NCBI RefSeq assembly: GCF_006345805.1 | Contig: NC_042998.1 | Coordinates: 69,006,001-69,070,000 of the forward strand | Source of the DNA: Octopus sinensis | Taxonomy: Eukaryota | Length of the DNA: 64,000 nucleotides | Direction: 5' to 3' | In this document: positions 46,901-60,844 of the stretch, piece after piece | Numbering within the stretch: the first letter of the stretch is position 1 | Layout of the letters: every line of letters starts with the position of its first letter | Program-made: the position numbers and the translations under genes | The notes under the pieces: generated by a model | Databases searched by the model: none | What the model was told of the DNA's origin: nothing | What the model saw: only the letters and a program-made list of their open reading frames with translations

Positions 46901-48863
46901 TTTTAATCATTTTCGTTAAGCATTAAAAGTTACAATAATTAAACATTTTTTAATTGGTTTTCTATGAAAGGATTTTACAGTATTGTTGGCAAGATCATAT
47001 TTGATAACCTCTAATGTAAAATTTTACGGGAAATAAAGGAAAAAATAGAGAATTTGTAATTAGCAGCGATTTTTTCCCATTCTATTTGAAATTTACAGAA
47101 TTGCAAGTGATTATTAATGTGTGTATCGTTAGCTGTTGTATAAATAAAGGAAAATGCTTTTTTTTTTTATTTAAAAGTATAAAAAAAAAAGTCGGGTGTG
47201 TATGTCAAGTTATGTTCGAGCCTTTTCAGACATCAACAATATAAGTTCCTTCTAGAACTCTGATACGGCATTCAAATTATATTGGGTCTGTTGAGACCTT
47301 ACCGCTCAAAGATTGTAACAATTACTTGAATAAACATCGAGCTTCAACGATAGTGTCAATATCTTAGATTACCATGGGTATCAATCCTCTAAGACTAGGA
47401 ATTTCATCAGTGATGCATAGCATTCTCTGTGTTTATTTATATGCTTCTTAACTTTGAAGCCCTTTGGCATTCACACACTATACTTTTTCACCGAGCATGT
47501 AGGTATTATTCATCATCATTTAACGTCCACTTTTCCATGCTTGGGAATTTGGCAGATTTTTTTTATAGCCATATGCTCTCCCTGTCGCCAACCCTCACCT
47601 GTTTCCAGCAAAAGTAATATTTCCCAGTGGTCAAACATGTTTTTCATAGAAAACTGAAAACGAATATTAAGGCTGGGATGGACAGTGATGCTTGATCACA
47701 ACCATCACATAGTATCACGACAGGCACACACACAAACACGATCGTCTAAGAATCGATAAGTCATAAAAACGATGCATTTCTATGTTTGTCAATAGAGTGA
47801 GTCTATTAATCAAAGTATACAGTGTTATATATCCGTTTCAGCCGATCTTACTAGCACAGTTAAGTAGTACCACATGCTCTTCATGAAGAGTATTTAGGGT
47901 GAAATCAATTTGCTAATATTGACAGTAATTGATCTACAATACTGTATACTTTGATTTGTACATACATACACCTCACACACACACACACACATATATACAT
48001 GTAGCGTACACTCAAGTGAAATTCCTCTCTCCTTTATTAAATATACATACATTTGAACGTAGTAGATAACAGCTAACTTTTGGCCGCTATTTGGACCCTG
48101 TTGTCCACCACTTTGATTGGTTGGTATTGGCACAATTTGTCTCTTACTCTGTCACCCCAGTATGCAACCTAATCAATCGGGGTCCCTAAATAAGATCATG
48201 TGAGACAGCTTGTTCATAATCCAATTTGAGCCTACTGTTACCTATAAAAACCCAGCTACTCCTCATCTTGAGGTCTTTGGTTCCAGACCTTCTAAGATCT
48301 AACCACTAACCACACGACACAGCCAGTTCCAGTGACAATGCCAGACAACACCCATCCAACAGCATTACAGCAACCTCCATCTTCATTGCCACCATCATGT
48401 CATCAACAACATCTCTATGTACACAGCACCAGCATCACTGCACAGGTTCTAACATAGTGCTGTTCATGAACTATTTCACCTTGGTTAACAACAAACAACC
48501 CACACAGATGCATGTAAATATATCAATAAATCTTTCACAAGCATTCCATGCTGTTGTGTCTCTCTCTTTTCTCCCTGCACAGATCACAGTCAATCCTACA
48601 TATATTGTAAGGACTGTGTGTTGTCCAACATTAACTCTCGTTATCTCGCATTACACGGTCCTATATATATAGTCAGAATTTACAAAAAAACAAAAGACAA
48701 AGATGGGTGTGTGAACAATAGAGAGATGTATTAGTTTAACACTCGGGAAGTGAGAAAGTCCTTTATGTTTCGAGCCTACACTCTTCGGCAGAAAGGAACA
48801 CAGAAATAAACAGGGAGAGAAAATAAAAAAGGTTTAGTGGCTAGGGATCTATCATGGCGAATA

Positions 48864-48902
<39 letters not shown>

Positions 48903-49189
48903 TATGACAGGCTTCTTCCAGTTTCCATCTACCAAATCTGCTCAGAAGGTTTTGGTCAGTCCAGAGCTATAGAAGACACTTACCCAAGGGGCCACACAGT
49001 GAGATTGTACTTGTGACCACACGGGCTAGGAAGCAAGCTTATCAATCACATAACCAAGCCAATACATTTTCTTTTTTGTTCCTAACAACCCAATTATCTG
49101 CATTCATTAATTAATGTATTTCATGCTTAATTAGCCCCTTGAGTTCAGATATTAAACGCATCTAATGGGTTGCATTTTCCTTTTTACTG

Positions 49190-50450
49190 GCTAAGTCTGG
49201 AGGAAGGGACAGAGTCCCATAACCTTTGCAGACTCTCCATGACCTGTAAGATTGATGTCATGAATGTTCCATTTAAACTGTGGCAGGTCAGGATCTACAG
49301 GAAAGACATGAGGTGATTCCAGATTACCAATGTTCTAGAGAGAAAGATCAGAGTGCAGTGCTTTGTGCAAGGGTGGTGAGGTTGGATGCAAGGACAATGA
49401 GAAGTAGAGAAAGAGATGAGTGGGTTGGATGTGCCCGTGAGATGGAATTACAAGACCAGCCAGTTCTGTAGGAGAAGCATTCAATTAATTCCCCTCCATG
49501 TGTTAGATTTATGAGGGTGGTGGAACATTGCTATTGAGAGAAACGGTAATTATGTTGAGAAGTAGGGATATGATCCACAGAGGACCAGCTTCATTTTGAT
49601 TTATGATACATGTTCCTGTGTTGGTAATTATACCTGTCCTAAACAAAATGGCATTACTTTTTGATTCACCCACATACTATCCATGGTTCACTACCATACA
49701 GCATCACATTTCATATTTCCCACTATAATCATGTGACTGGACCTCTTTTATCTAAATGAATTTTCCAATGGACATTAGGCTTTTAAAAATTCTGAAAACT
49801 TAGCTCATGGACCCAACTTCTTTCTTAGGTATCATCTACTCTCTGCAAATTGAATATCAAGGATTTCCAACTTAGAGCCATGATTTACAACAGGTCCAGT
49901 TATGAACATAGTAGAGTCCCTGTCCCTTCCACAGAAGCTGGTCACAAGTCTGTATTCCATCAAGAGAGTGCCTTAGATGTGCCACACATCTTACTGCCAT
50001 GTCTTCTGAGCCATTGACCATATTAAGTTTTAATCTACCTCATCTACCATTTCAGTCTTCATACACTTAAGGGGTGATATTTCCTGTATAGCAACCTTTC
50101 CAAGATTGTTGATAGCTTCTGTTTAGTTTTGCTCACTAACCAACTTGTGGGATGCTATGGTGTGGCCATTGGTTTACATAACTGGTTTCTGGGAGAGTTG
50201 TTGAGTAGTTGGAGACAAGATGTATGGCTGACTGGTTCACAAAGATATAACTACATATACACAAAACCAAACACCTGCCTTTGTTAGGCTTCACTTAATT
50301 TCTAAGGCTCAAACAGGGACAACTTTCAGATTATAGGTATCATAGGTGTAGATGCTTCTGGGAAGAACTTTTATGACCTAATTTTACTTCTGTGCAATGT
50401 GCATCCTTATCTCTCCTGTAATAAGATTCTGAACTTTAGACAGAGTATCC
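49190..50450 (-). mobile_element. Old L2/CR1-like LINE remnant
   Basis: Degenerate LSRTLVIWNHL and LPQFKWNIHDINLT at the 3' end; heavily decayed. Confidence 0.45.
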
Positions 50451-50464
50451 TTAGATACTTTTCT

Positions 50465-52320
50465 ATCATCATCACCATCGTCGTCGTTGTTGTTTAACGT
50501 CCACTTTCCATGCTGGCATGGGTTGGGCAGTTTGATAGAAAGCTGCACCGGGCTCCAATCTGATCTAGCAAAGTTTCTACAGCTGGATGTCCTTCCTAAC
50601 GCAAACCACTCTAAGAGTGTAGTGTGTGCTTTTTCTATGCCACCGGCACAAGGACCAGTCAGGCGGCACTGGCATCGATCACGCTCGAATGGTGCTTTTT
50701 ACATGCCATTGGCATGGGTGCAAATCAGGTGGTAATGCCATCAGCCATGACAATGATTTCACTTGACTCAATAGGTCTTCGCAAGCACAGTTTATTGCCC
50801 AATGATTGAAGGGTACTCTTAAATGGGCTCGTTATGATGCGCTGGCATAGGCCACGGTTATGGTCTCACTTGGCTTGCTGGGTATTCTCAAGCACAGCAT
50901 ATCTCCAAAGGTTTCGGTCACTTGTCATCACCTCCATGAGGCCCAACATTCAAGGGTCATGCTTCACCACTTCATCCCAGGTCTTCCTGGGCCTACCTCT
51001 TCCACAGGTTCCCTCAACTGCTAGGGTGTGACACTTTTTCACACAGTTGTCCTCATCTATATGTAACACATGATCATACCAGCACAGTCATCTCTCTTGC
51101 ACACCACATCTGATGCTTCTTATGTCCAACTTTTCTCTCAGGGTGCTTACACTCTGTCGTGTATGCACACTGACATTACACATCTAGCGAAGCGTACTAG
51201 CTTTATTCCTTGCAAGCTTACACATGTCCTCAACAGCCATGGCCCATGTTTCACTGCCATGTAGCATGGCTGTTTGCACACATGCATCATACAGTCTACC
51301 TTTTACTCTGAGTGAGAGGCCCTTTGTCACCAGCAGAGGTAAGAGCTCTCTGAACTTTGCCCAGAGCTATACTCTCAAAGCAGCCACCTCCTACTACTGA
51401 CTTGGTCACCTAGGTAACAGAAGCTATCAACTACTTGTAGTCTTTCCCCCTGGCATTTCTCTGCACATTTTCAGTGTTTATTGCTCCTGAGAATTTGCCA
51501 CACACAAAAACTATCTCCCCAGTTAGCCTTCCTTTGATATTGTTGCACCTCTTATGTGTCCATAGCTTACACCACCTACATCTAATAGAGTTTCTACCTA
51601 TGCCTTTTCTACAGATCGAGCAGGGCCATCTACCTGAAGGGATTTGAGATTTGTCTGCCTTCCTACTTATTAAGACTTTGGTTTTTTCTAGATTGACTCT
51701 AAGCTCCTTTGATTCTAGACCTTGCTTCCACACCTGAAACTTCTCCTCTAGTTCTGTTAGTGACTCAGCTATTAGAGCAAGGTCATAAGCACAGAGAAGC
51801 TCCCAGGGGCATCCTGTTTTGAATTCCTGTTATTGCCTGGAGGACTTTGATGAATAAGAGGAGGCTGAGGACTGATCCTTGGTGGATCCCTATCCCTACA
51901 CGGAATTCTTCTCTGTACTCATTTGCCAATCCTCACATTACTGACAGCATCCCTGTGTATGGTTTGATAGCTCTTACTAACCACTCATCTATTTCTAGTT
52001 TCCACATTGACCACCAGATAAGGGATCGAGGGACCCTGTCAAAGAATTTCTCCATGTCAATGAAAGCCAGGTACAGAGACTTATCTTTGGCTAGGTATTT
52101 CTCCTGCAGCTGTCTTACCAGGAATATAGCATCAGTGGTGCTTTTCCCTGGCACAAACCCAAACTGCATCTCATCTAGACTGACTCTTTCCCTAATTAGT
52201 TGGGCTATAACCCTCTCTGGGACCTTCATTACCTGATCCAACAGCTTGATACCTTTGTAATTATTTGTATCTAATGCATCACCTTTACCCTTGTAGCAGT
52301 TGACTATGGTGCTCCTTCAT
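50465..52320 (-). mobile_element. RTE-clade LINE, 5'-truncated and decayed
   Basis: MQFGFVPGKSTTDAIFLVRQLQEKY...FDRVPR, LRVNLEKTKV, WPCSICRKGIGRNSIRC; (CAT)n tail at 50465. Confidence 0.92.
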
Positions 52321-55190
52321 GTATCAATTGTAAGAAATAAAGTAAGAAAACCATTATTAATTGTATAATATTTTAAATCCTAGGATTAAGTCCTTTTTAA
52401 TCCCCAAATCCAAGGAGAAGCAAAATATCTTGTAACTCAAGAGTGCTATTATAATGGAGACACATCACACACTCATTGAGCTTCTGGTAAAGACACTGCA
52501 TTAGAACTAAACTGAATTACAACTTGAATATTTTCATCAGTTTGTATCTATTAGCACACACTCTCTTTATCTTTCTTACTTGCTTAACCCTTTAGCATTT
52601 AAACTGGCCACATCCAGCCCAAAATGTTCTGCCTGTTTTATGTTCAAATGAACCAGATCTGGTCGCTCACATCTATCCTACAATGTCATTCTAATAATAA
52701 ACAACCACATTATCTTGAAACTATGAGATTATGTATGATTTATTCAAAACAATGTAAATGAATAAATATTAAATTCGACAGAATAAACTGAATGCAAAAG
52801 GGTTATCATAATCATAGTCATCATCATCATAATCATTTAGCGTCCATTGTGCATGTGTTGGACAGTTTGACCAGAGCTGGCAAGCCAGAATGCTGCACCA
52901 AACCCTAGTCTGATTTGGCATGGTTTCTACAGCTGGATGCTCTTCCTAACAGCAACCACTCTGAGAGTGAAATGGGTGCTCTTACATGCCACTGGCATGG
53001 GTGCCATTTACGACACCAGTATCTGCCATGACTGCAATCTTACTTCGCTTGATGGGTCTTCTTCTCAAGCACAACATAATGCCAAAGGTTAATCTCTCTA
53101 AATTCATAAAAGCTTTCATGTTGAGATTAGACTTAGATAACTTATTTTTCTTTTTTGTATACATTTGTAACTTTTTTTAACTTGATAAACTTCTTGTGGT
53201 TTAGAAATGATTTGCAATTTTTTTCACCAGGGAAAAAAACAACTCTTAATTGTAAATTATTAAACAGCCATCTTAGAACTTATCAAAGTAAAAAGACATT
53301 TATTTCTTTGGAAGGTAATTGTTGTTCTCTATCATTTTGAAAAGATATCTAGGCGTAGGAGTGGCTGTGTGGTAAGCAGCTTGCTTACAAACCACATGGT
53401 TCCGGGTTCAGTCCCACTGTGATCTATTGAACATAATCTGTACTTAATATAAATATAGTTATTTTACAATACCTTTGTAATGAAAGCAGGGTATTTCAGC
53501 AAAAATATGGTCATAAATTGGTTAAAAACACTCTAAAATAAGCCACATACAATATAAAGTTGTCTGTTCTTTGTGAAGACCACCATAAGATATACCAGAT
53601 GTGATTTCTCAATCTTATGTAACCAAAACATTGAATTCATAACTTGATCTCTTTCATTGAAATTTCTGTTACTATAATCGATTAAACCAGCTTCGTTCAA
53701 CATAAATATATATGTACACATACACATACTCATGTACGTATATATGTATGTATGCATGATTGCATATATGTTTGTATGCATATAATGTATGTGTGTATGT
53801 ATATGTGATGTATGTATGTGTGTATGTATGTATGCATGTAAATATATATATACATATCTATGTGCATGTGCACATGGATGTCACTGCATCTATTACATGC
53901 TAAACTTCTTGAATGTTTCACATATTTTTACAGTGCCTTTGAAAATTTCTGGTTGTAATCTTTTGAAGAGGTGTGTTCTTTCTGGTTTTGTGACTCCCAG
54001 CTTCTCAAAGTTGGCCCTGATTCATATCGCCAAAATGCTTCAAATATTATTGGTAGAAATTCAGAATTATAGCCTGGATGAAGAAACAGCAGACTTATTA
54101 GTTTGGCATAAATGTTTTTCTTCTTCAGGCGCAGGTATGGCTGTGTGATAAGAAGCTTGCTTCCCAACTACATGGTTCCGAGTGGCACCTTGGGAAAGTG
54201 TCTTCTATTGTAGCCTCACGCTAACCAAAGCCTTGTGAGTGAATTTCATAGATGAAAACTAAAAGAAGCCCATTGTATATATATATGTCATCATCATCAT
54301 CATCATTGTTTAATGTCTGTTTTCCAGACTGGGGTCTGGGAAGCCAGGGGGCTGCACCAGGTCCCAATCTGATCTGGCAGTGTTTCTACGGCTGGATGCC
54401 CTTCCTAATGCCAACCACTTTGAGGGGGTAGTAGGTGCTTTTTATGTGTCACCGGCACAGGGCCCAGAGGAGCTGGTATTGACCATGATAGGATGGTGCT
54501 ATTTATATGCCACTGGCATGGAAGCCAGTCAAGGCAGCACTGGCATCGGCCACGTTTGGATGGTGCTTTTTACATGCCACCGGCACGAGGGTCACAACTA
54601 CAATTTCTGTTTGATTGTAATTTGATTTGATTTTGAGACTGATGTTGATATTGATATACTTGACTCAATAGGTCTCCTCAAGCACGGCATGTTGCCCTAT
54701 GTGTGTGTTTGTCCCCCATCACTGCTTGACAACCAGTGTTGGTGTGTTTACATCCCCGTAATCTAGTGATTCAGCAAAAGAGACTGATAGAATAAACAGT
54801 AGGCTTAAAAAATAAGTCCTAGGGTTGATTTGTTCAGCTAAAACCCCTCAAGGTGGTGCTCAGCATGGCTGTAGTCAAATGACTGAAACAAGTAAAAGAG
54901 TAAAAGAATGATCTTTAATGTTATCTTGACATCTGCCGGAGAACTGATTTCACCTGCTGTGCAGTTTCTTTCTGTCCTAGATCATAATGTCTGGTCTGTT
55001 ATGCTTGTATTTTATAGAAGATTGACAGGAACATTGAACCAGTATTCTTGTATTATATATATGGTTATGTCTTCCTCATTATCAGTAGTGGACTGGGTCT
55101 AAAAATATTGGTTGCCAGAAGACTAAGGCCTCCCGCCCTTGCAACTACAAGGGGGCCTACCTGTAACTACGTTATCATTTAATTTTTTTT

Positions 55191-55892
55191 TTACCTCCGC
55201 CAAGGAAGGAGGTTATGTTTTCATCGGCATTGGTTTATCCATCTGTGTGCAAAATAAATCAAAATGTGAACAGTATTTGATGAAACTTGCAGGAAACGTT
55301 GGTAATGACGCAAGGAACAGGTGATGAAATTTTGGTAGTGATCTGGGAATAATTTTTATGGATTCTTGAAGGATTTTTCTTTTGTTATATTTACTTTACA
55401 TGAAGTTTTATAATGTTCTTTGATTATCTCCCTTGGAAACACGTTCATCTTTCCACATAACCTAGTTTATTTTTGTTTCTCTCTTAGTAATTTTACTTGT
55501 GTTGTGTGTGTATCACTCAAGTTTTAGGTAACTGTTGTTTCTTTTTAGTTGTATGGTGAAACCAGCTTGCTATTGTCATTGATGTATTATACATATTTGT
55601 ACATTACTGCATACACTTTATACGCACTTTCTGACAAGTTGTGGTGCACCTGAGCACTGTATACAATAATTTCATTATTATTATTATTATTATAACTGCT
55701 TCAGATGATTCCTGTTTTTAAAGGGTTTTTTAAAAAAAATCATATGGCTGTGTTATTTTTTTAACCCCTGCCAAGGAGGTTATGTTTTTGCTGGTGTTGG
55801 TTTGGGAAATTGGGCAATTTTCAGCATGCATGCATATGGGTGGAAATGAGCTGCTTGGCGGAGGTCTGTGCTCTCCGAATGATTTTCTAGTT
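55191..55892 (+). mobile_element. Non-autonomous Helentron/HINE-like element(s), containing a short CR1 tail (about 55610-55690)
   Basis: Starts TTACCTCCGCCAAGG; ends CTTGGCGGAGGT...CTCTCCG...CTAGTT; a second start-like motif lies near 55762. Confidence 0.7.
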
Positions 55893-56399
55893 TGTTAAAA
55901 TTATTCTTTTCAACTGTCTACAAACACAACCAAGCTGAAATAATTAATACATTCTTTCAGGAGTGAATAAAAAATTCTCAAACTTGAGGGGATGGGCCCC
56001 TTTGATACTAAAATTGGCCCCCAAATATGGATTTTAATGGTGGAGGGCAAGCTGGCCAGTCCGCCACTGCTCATTATACATGTAGTTATGTGGCTTCTTA
56101 TATTTCTCCAGATTCCATTATAGAATGTTCTAGGCATGACATCATACCTTAAGGGTAGGTAATATCATGATGGTGTTTTCAGACAATCACTTATCATGTT
56201 GGCGATGTACTGAATGTTAATTCCATTAAGCAGCAGTTGTCACATCCAGCAAAGATCTGTGTGCTCAAACTTTTATAGTAAGAAACACTAGCTTGCTACA
56301 CAAAATATCTTTTGGCAGTTATCCATAGCATATGTTATGTGTATAGGCCATGTAGACGACGTGGAAAATATGCAGTGTCTGTAATTTCCAACATTTGAA

Positions 56400-56530
56400 T
56401 AGGTACATTATTTACATTTCACAGATATTTGTCCTCATCTTATTTGTTGTTAACACGTTTTGGCTGATATACCCTCCAGCCTTCATCAGGTGTCTTGGGG
56501 GAAATTTCAAACCTGGTTCTCATTCCTAAG
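56400..56530 (-). mobile_element. Second Penelope-like terminal remnant with a mutated hammerhead
   Basis: Reverse complement matches 4590-4700, but GAAAC is changed to AAAAC and GTT is lost. Confidence 0.7.
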
Positions 56531-56884
56531 GTATTTTCAATGTTGTTGTTGTTATTCAGGTCGGAGACCACTTCCCCCTGTTGGATGAAGTTAAAATAAT
56601 AGACAGAGAACACCACTAGAAAATATGAAAACTAAAAGAAGCAGCACATATGCTAGGACATAATAACTTCCTAAGCAGACCAAGTGCAGATATGAATAGT
56701 AAAATAACTTAGTAATCATTAAGCTAGTGTTAGGAGCATAAATTGTGACTAAAGTTTGGTGGAAGATTTTCATTGAAAACTTTTGAAAACAAGACGTTTG
56801 TACTACAGATCCAGAGGCGGTTTCAGCCGGGTTGGTAGCGAAAGAGTTAATGTCCATGTTCCATGTTGGCATGGGTGACACGAT

Positions 56885-57750
56885 CCAATGTGAATCTAAG
56901 GACAGTATGCTCTGAGGACAGCTGTGTGAAAAAGTGCCACACCCTAGCAGTTCAGGGAACCTGTGGAAGAGGTAGACCCAAGAAGACCTGAGATGAAGAG
57001 GTGAAGCACGACCTTCAAACTTTGGGCCTCACTGAAGAAATGATTAGTGACCGAGACTTTTGGAAATATGCTATGCGTAAGAAGACCCGGCAAGCCAAAT
57101 GAGACCATAATCTTGTGGCCTATGCCAGGGGTATTACCAGCCCACTTATGCGTACCTTTTCCTTCTTTGAACACTAAAACTCTGCTTGCGAAGACCTGTT
57201 GAGGCAAGTGAAATCAAATCAAAAATCAAAATCAAATTAGATGACTGGCGTCCGTGCTAGCGGGGTGCAAAGAGCACCATATGAGTGTGATCATTGACAG
57301 AGCGGCTAACCAGCTTCCATGCCAGTGGCACTTAAAAGGCACCATTTGAGCGTGATCTTTACCAGCATCACCTTAAAGAGCACTGAGCGAGATCATTGCC
57401 AGAGCGGCTATCTGGTCTCCGTGCTGGTGGCATGTAAAAGACACCATTTGAGCATGATTGTTACCAGCATCGCCTTACTGGTACTTGTGCCAGTGGCATG
57501 TGTAAAAGATTCGAGCGAGGTCATTGCCAGCACCGCCTGACTGGCCCCGTGCCGGTGGCATGTAAAAGTACCCTCTACACTCTCTGAGTGGTTGGCGTTA
57601 GGAAGGGCATCCAGCTGTAGAAACTCTGCCAGATCAAGATTGAAGCCCGGTGCATCCATCTGGTTCGCCAGCCCTCAGTCATTCATCCAACCCATGTTAG
57701 CATGGAAAGCGGACGTTAAACGATGATGATGATGATGATGATGATGATAT
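56885..57750 (+). mobile_element. RTE LINE 3' end with long modular 3'UTR
   Basis: Same sequence as 43450-44194; (GAT)n tail at 57721-57747. Confidence 0.88.
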
Positions 57751-58999
57751 ATATATATATGTACACACACACACATACATCATTTGACGTCCATTTTCCA
57801 TGCTGGCATAGGTTGGATGGTTTGGCAGGAGTTGGTAAGCAGAGGACTGTCCCAGCCTTTACTGTTTGTTTTGGCATGGGTTTTATGGCTGGATGCACTT
57901 CCTAACACCAACCACCTTACAGAGTGAAGTTGATGCTTTTTATATTGTGCCAGTTGATGCTATTTATATTGTACCAGCAGGGAAAGTGGACGTTAAACGA
58001 CGATGATGATGATGATTTATATACATATATGTACATATGCATGTGTGTGTGTGTGTGTGTGTGTGTGTTTGTGTCTCCTTGTCCTAACATCACATGATTG
58101 TTGTAAATAAGTGTCACTGTTATATCATTCACTTCCAACATTCTGGAAGAAGACATGTCTGGCCATGGAGAAATATTATCATTTTGCTTGGAAACAGTCA
58201 TGGGTTGGCGGCAGAAATGGCATCCAACTGCAGCAAAATTTACCACAATGAACTCTGTCAGATTCACACAAGCATGGAAAAGTGGACGTTAAAACAATGG
58301 TGTTGATGATGGCGATGGTGGTGATAATGATGATGATGATGATGATGATAGTGGTGGTGATGATTCATTTTTAATTTAATAAACAAATTTACATTGACCT
58401 CAACTAAAGTGCATAGCATTCCAAAAACAAAACGAATAATGGTAACAAAATTAAGAAAAAAATAGTTGTAAAGATGTTAGATTTGTATTAAGCTGTCTGC
58501 AGCAGCAACAGTTATTTGTCTTGAGATACAAGAGAGAATCGGTACAAAAAGGCCTCAACTCAACATGCAGACTAGAAGGAAAGGCAACACGGTATGTTGT
58601 TTCAATAACAACAAATCTTTGCAAAGATATAGAATTACGTTGATAAGGTGCAAAACGGGTGGATCTGGAAAACATTCATTTTTTTCCTTTGATGTGATTG
58701 CAACTGCAGGTGATCTCCCAAGGTTATAAACAACGCTGAGATATATACAAACACACACGTATCCATACACACATGTTTATGTTGTTCTTAAGTTTCATGT
58801 TTATATGCTTGCTCAGTCAGCAGCATGGAGTATCACAATGAAACGTTCCTTTGCCCATGATGGCACCATACATATATGTATATGAGTGTGTGTGTGTGTC
58901 ATCATCAACATTTAATGTCCGTTTCTCATGCTGGCATGGGTTGGATGACTTGACAGCTGGAAGCCCTTCCTAATACCAACCACTCTATAGAATATACTG

Positions 59000-60690
59000 G
59001 GTGCTTTTTCCATGGCATCATCCCAGTACATTTTATATGGCACCAATACCAGTTCTTTTTCTATGGCACCAGCACCCACACCAATGCTTTTTATGTGGCA
59101 CCTTGGTTTCAGGATCTCAATTCTGTTGTGGTGGGCAGGTCTTCTCGTGCCACATATCTCAAACCTCTCTCATCTACTTTGTAAGGTTCAGCATTTATAG
59201 ATTGGCCTTCAATACTTTGTTCTATGTCTTCCTGGGTCTCTCTCTTTCATGAATTCCCTCCACTTCAAGTGATTGGCACTTCTTTATGAAATTGTCCTCA
59301 TCCATCCACATCACTTGACCAAACTAGCACGGTCTTCTCTCATGCACACTGCATCTAATCTTCTTCTGCTCAGCTTCTCTCTCAATGCACCACTGCTCTG
59401 TCACACATGCACATTGACATCACACTTTCAGTGGAGCATACCAGCTTCATTCCTCTTGAGCCTTTACATGTCCTCCACGTTCAGGGCCCATGTCTTACTA
59501 CCATGCAGCATTGCAGTTTGTACACATGCATCATACAATCTTCCCTTCACTCAGAGAGAGAGAGAGAGAGAGAGACCATTGGTTGATAATGGAAGTAAAA
59601 GCTCTCTGAACTTTCTCCATCCTAGTCTTATTCTAGCAATTACACTTTTTGTACAACCTCTTCCACTGCTAATTGGCTCACCTATGTATAGCAAAATTTA
59701 TCTATAACTTTCAGAGAGCCACCAGGATATTTTAAAGACTCAGTTTCTCATGTATCTGTGGCCTTTATGGCCCCTGTACATCTTCCACATACAAACACTA
59801 CTTTCTCTGTTAACCTTCCTACTATTCCACTGTCCCTCTTGCATGTCCATAGCTTGTACTGGGTACTCTGAACAGAATTTCTGCCTACACCCTCCCTACA
59901 TATTGAGTAAGGTCATTTACTGGAAAGCTGAAGGGCCCGGTCCAACTTCTTGCTCACTGGGACCTTAGTCTTTACTGGGCAAACACTGTACACTAAATTC
60001 ATTATTGTACCTATAGTCAACTCTTATCTTATTAACAGTATCCCCGTGCCTGGCCTATATTGCTTTCATAAACCATTCATCTATCCCTTGCTTCCTCAGT
60101 GACCATCATATCATATCACAGAGCAATGTATTCTGTTGAAGGCTTTCTGTAGATCAACAAAAGCCAAGTACAACAGCTTGTTCTTAACTAAATACTTCTC
60201 TCACAGTTACCTGACTATGAAAATAGCATCTGTGGTGCTTCTCCCTGGGAGAAAGCCAAACTGCATTTCATCTACTCTAATTTGGTTCCTAATTAATTAG
60301 GCTATAACTTTCATCCTCTGGTCCAGCAATTTGATGTCTTGATAATTATTTCTAATTAAGGGATCTCCCTTGCCATTGTAGCAGCTGATCTTAATGCTGC
60401 TGTGCCGTTCACTAGGGATTATGGCTTCCTGAACAATCTCATTAACTATACAGGTGACTAGATTGTATCCAACCCTGCTAGACATCTTAAGCATCTTGGG
60501 AGAGACTCCTGATGGACCAGGAGCCTTGCCTGTCTTCATATCTTTAATTGCTTTATTATCTGTCATGCTACTGTTTACTAGGACAGGTGGTCCTTTGAGG
60601 AAGACTCTCTCTCTCTCCCATTCATTCTCCACATTTAATAGTCTAAAATAGTAGCTCTTCCATGCCTGTTTCTTTTCAGGATCACTAAGA
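59000..60690 (-). mobile_element. Old fragmented RTE LINE
   Basis: KAIKDMKTGKAPGPSG...CYNGKGDPL..NNYQDIKLLD; further pieces resemble 50800-52300. Confidence 0.8.
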
Positions 60691-60844
60691 GCAAACATAC
60701 CACCATTATATATATATATATAAATAAAACGGTGCTGTATAAAAAAAAAACATTTGCACGGAAAGCATATAGAAAGTTTGTTTACACATAAAAAAACAAA
60801 CACGAACTATTATAATTCTTAAATTTGACAGGAAAAGGGAGGCT

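Noticed and set aside
53789-54167. Overlapping 119-aa and 79-aa ORFs
   Set aside because: They are partly microsatellite and SINE sequence, with no recognisable domain and no consistent splice-site pair.
57310-57580. CRISPR array
   Set aside because: The repeats are degenerate, the spacers are mutually homologous, the array lies in an RTE LINE 3'UTR, and there are no cas genes in this eukaryotic context.
58493-58591. Plus-strand exon ending at ACG|GTATGT
   Set aside because: The donor is good, but the acceptor lacks a pyrimidine tract and neither open frame is recognisable.
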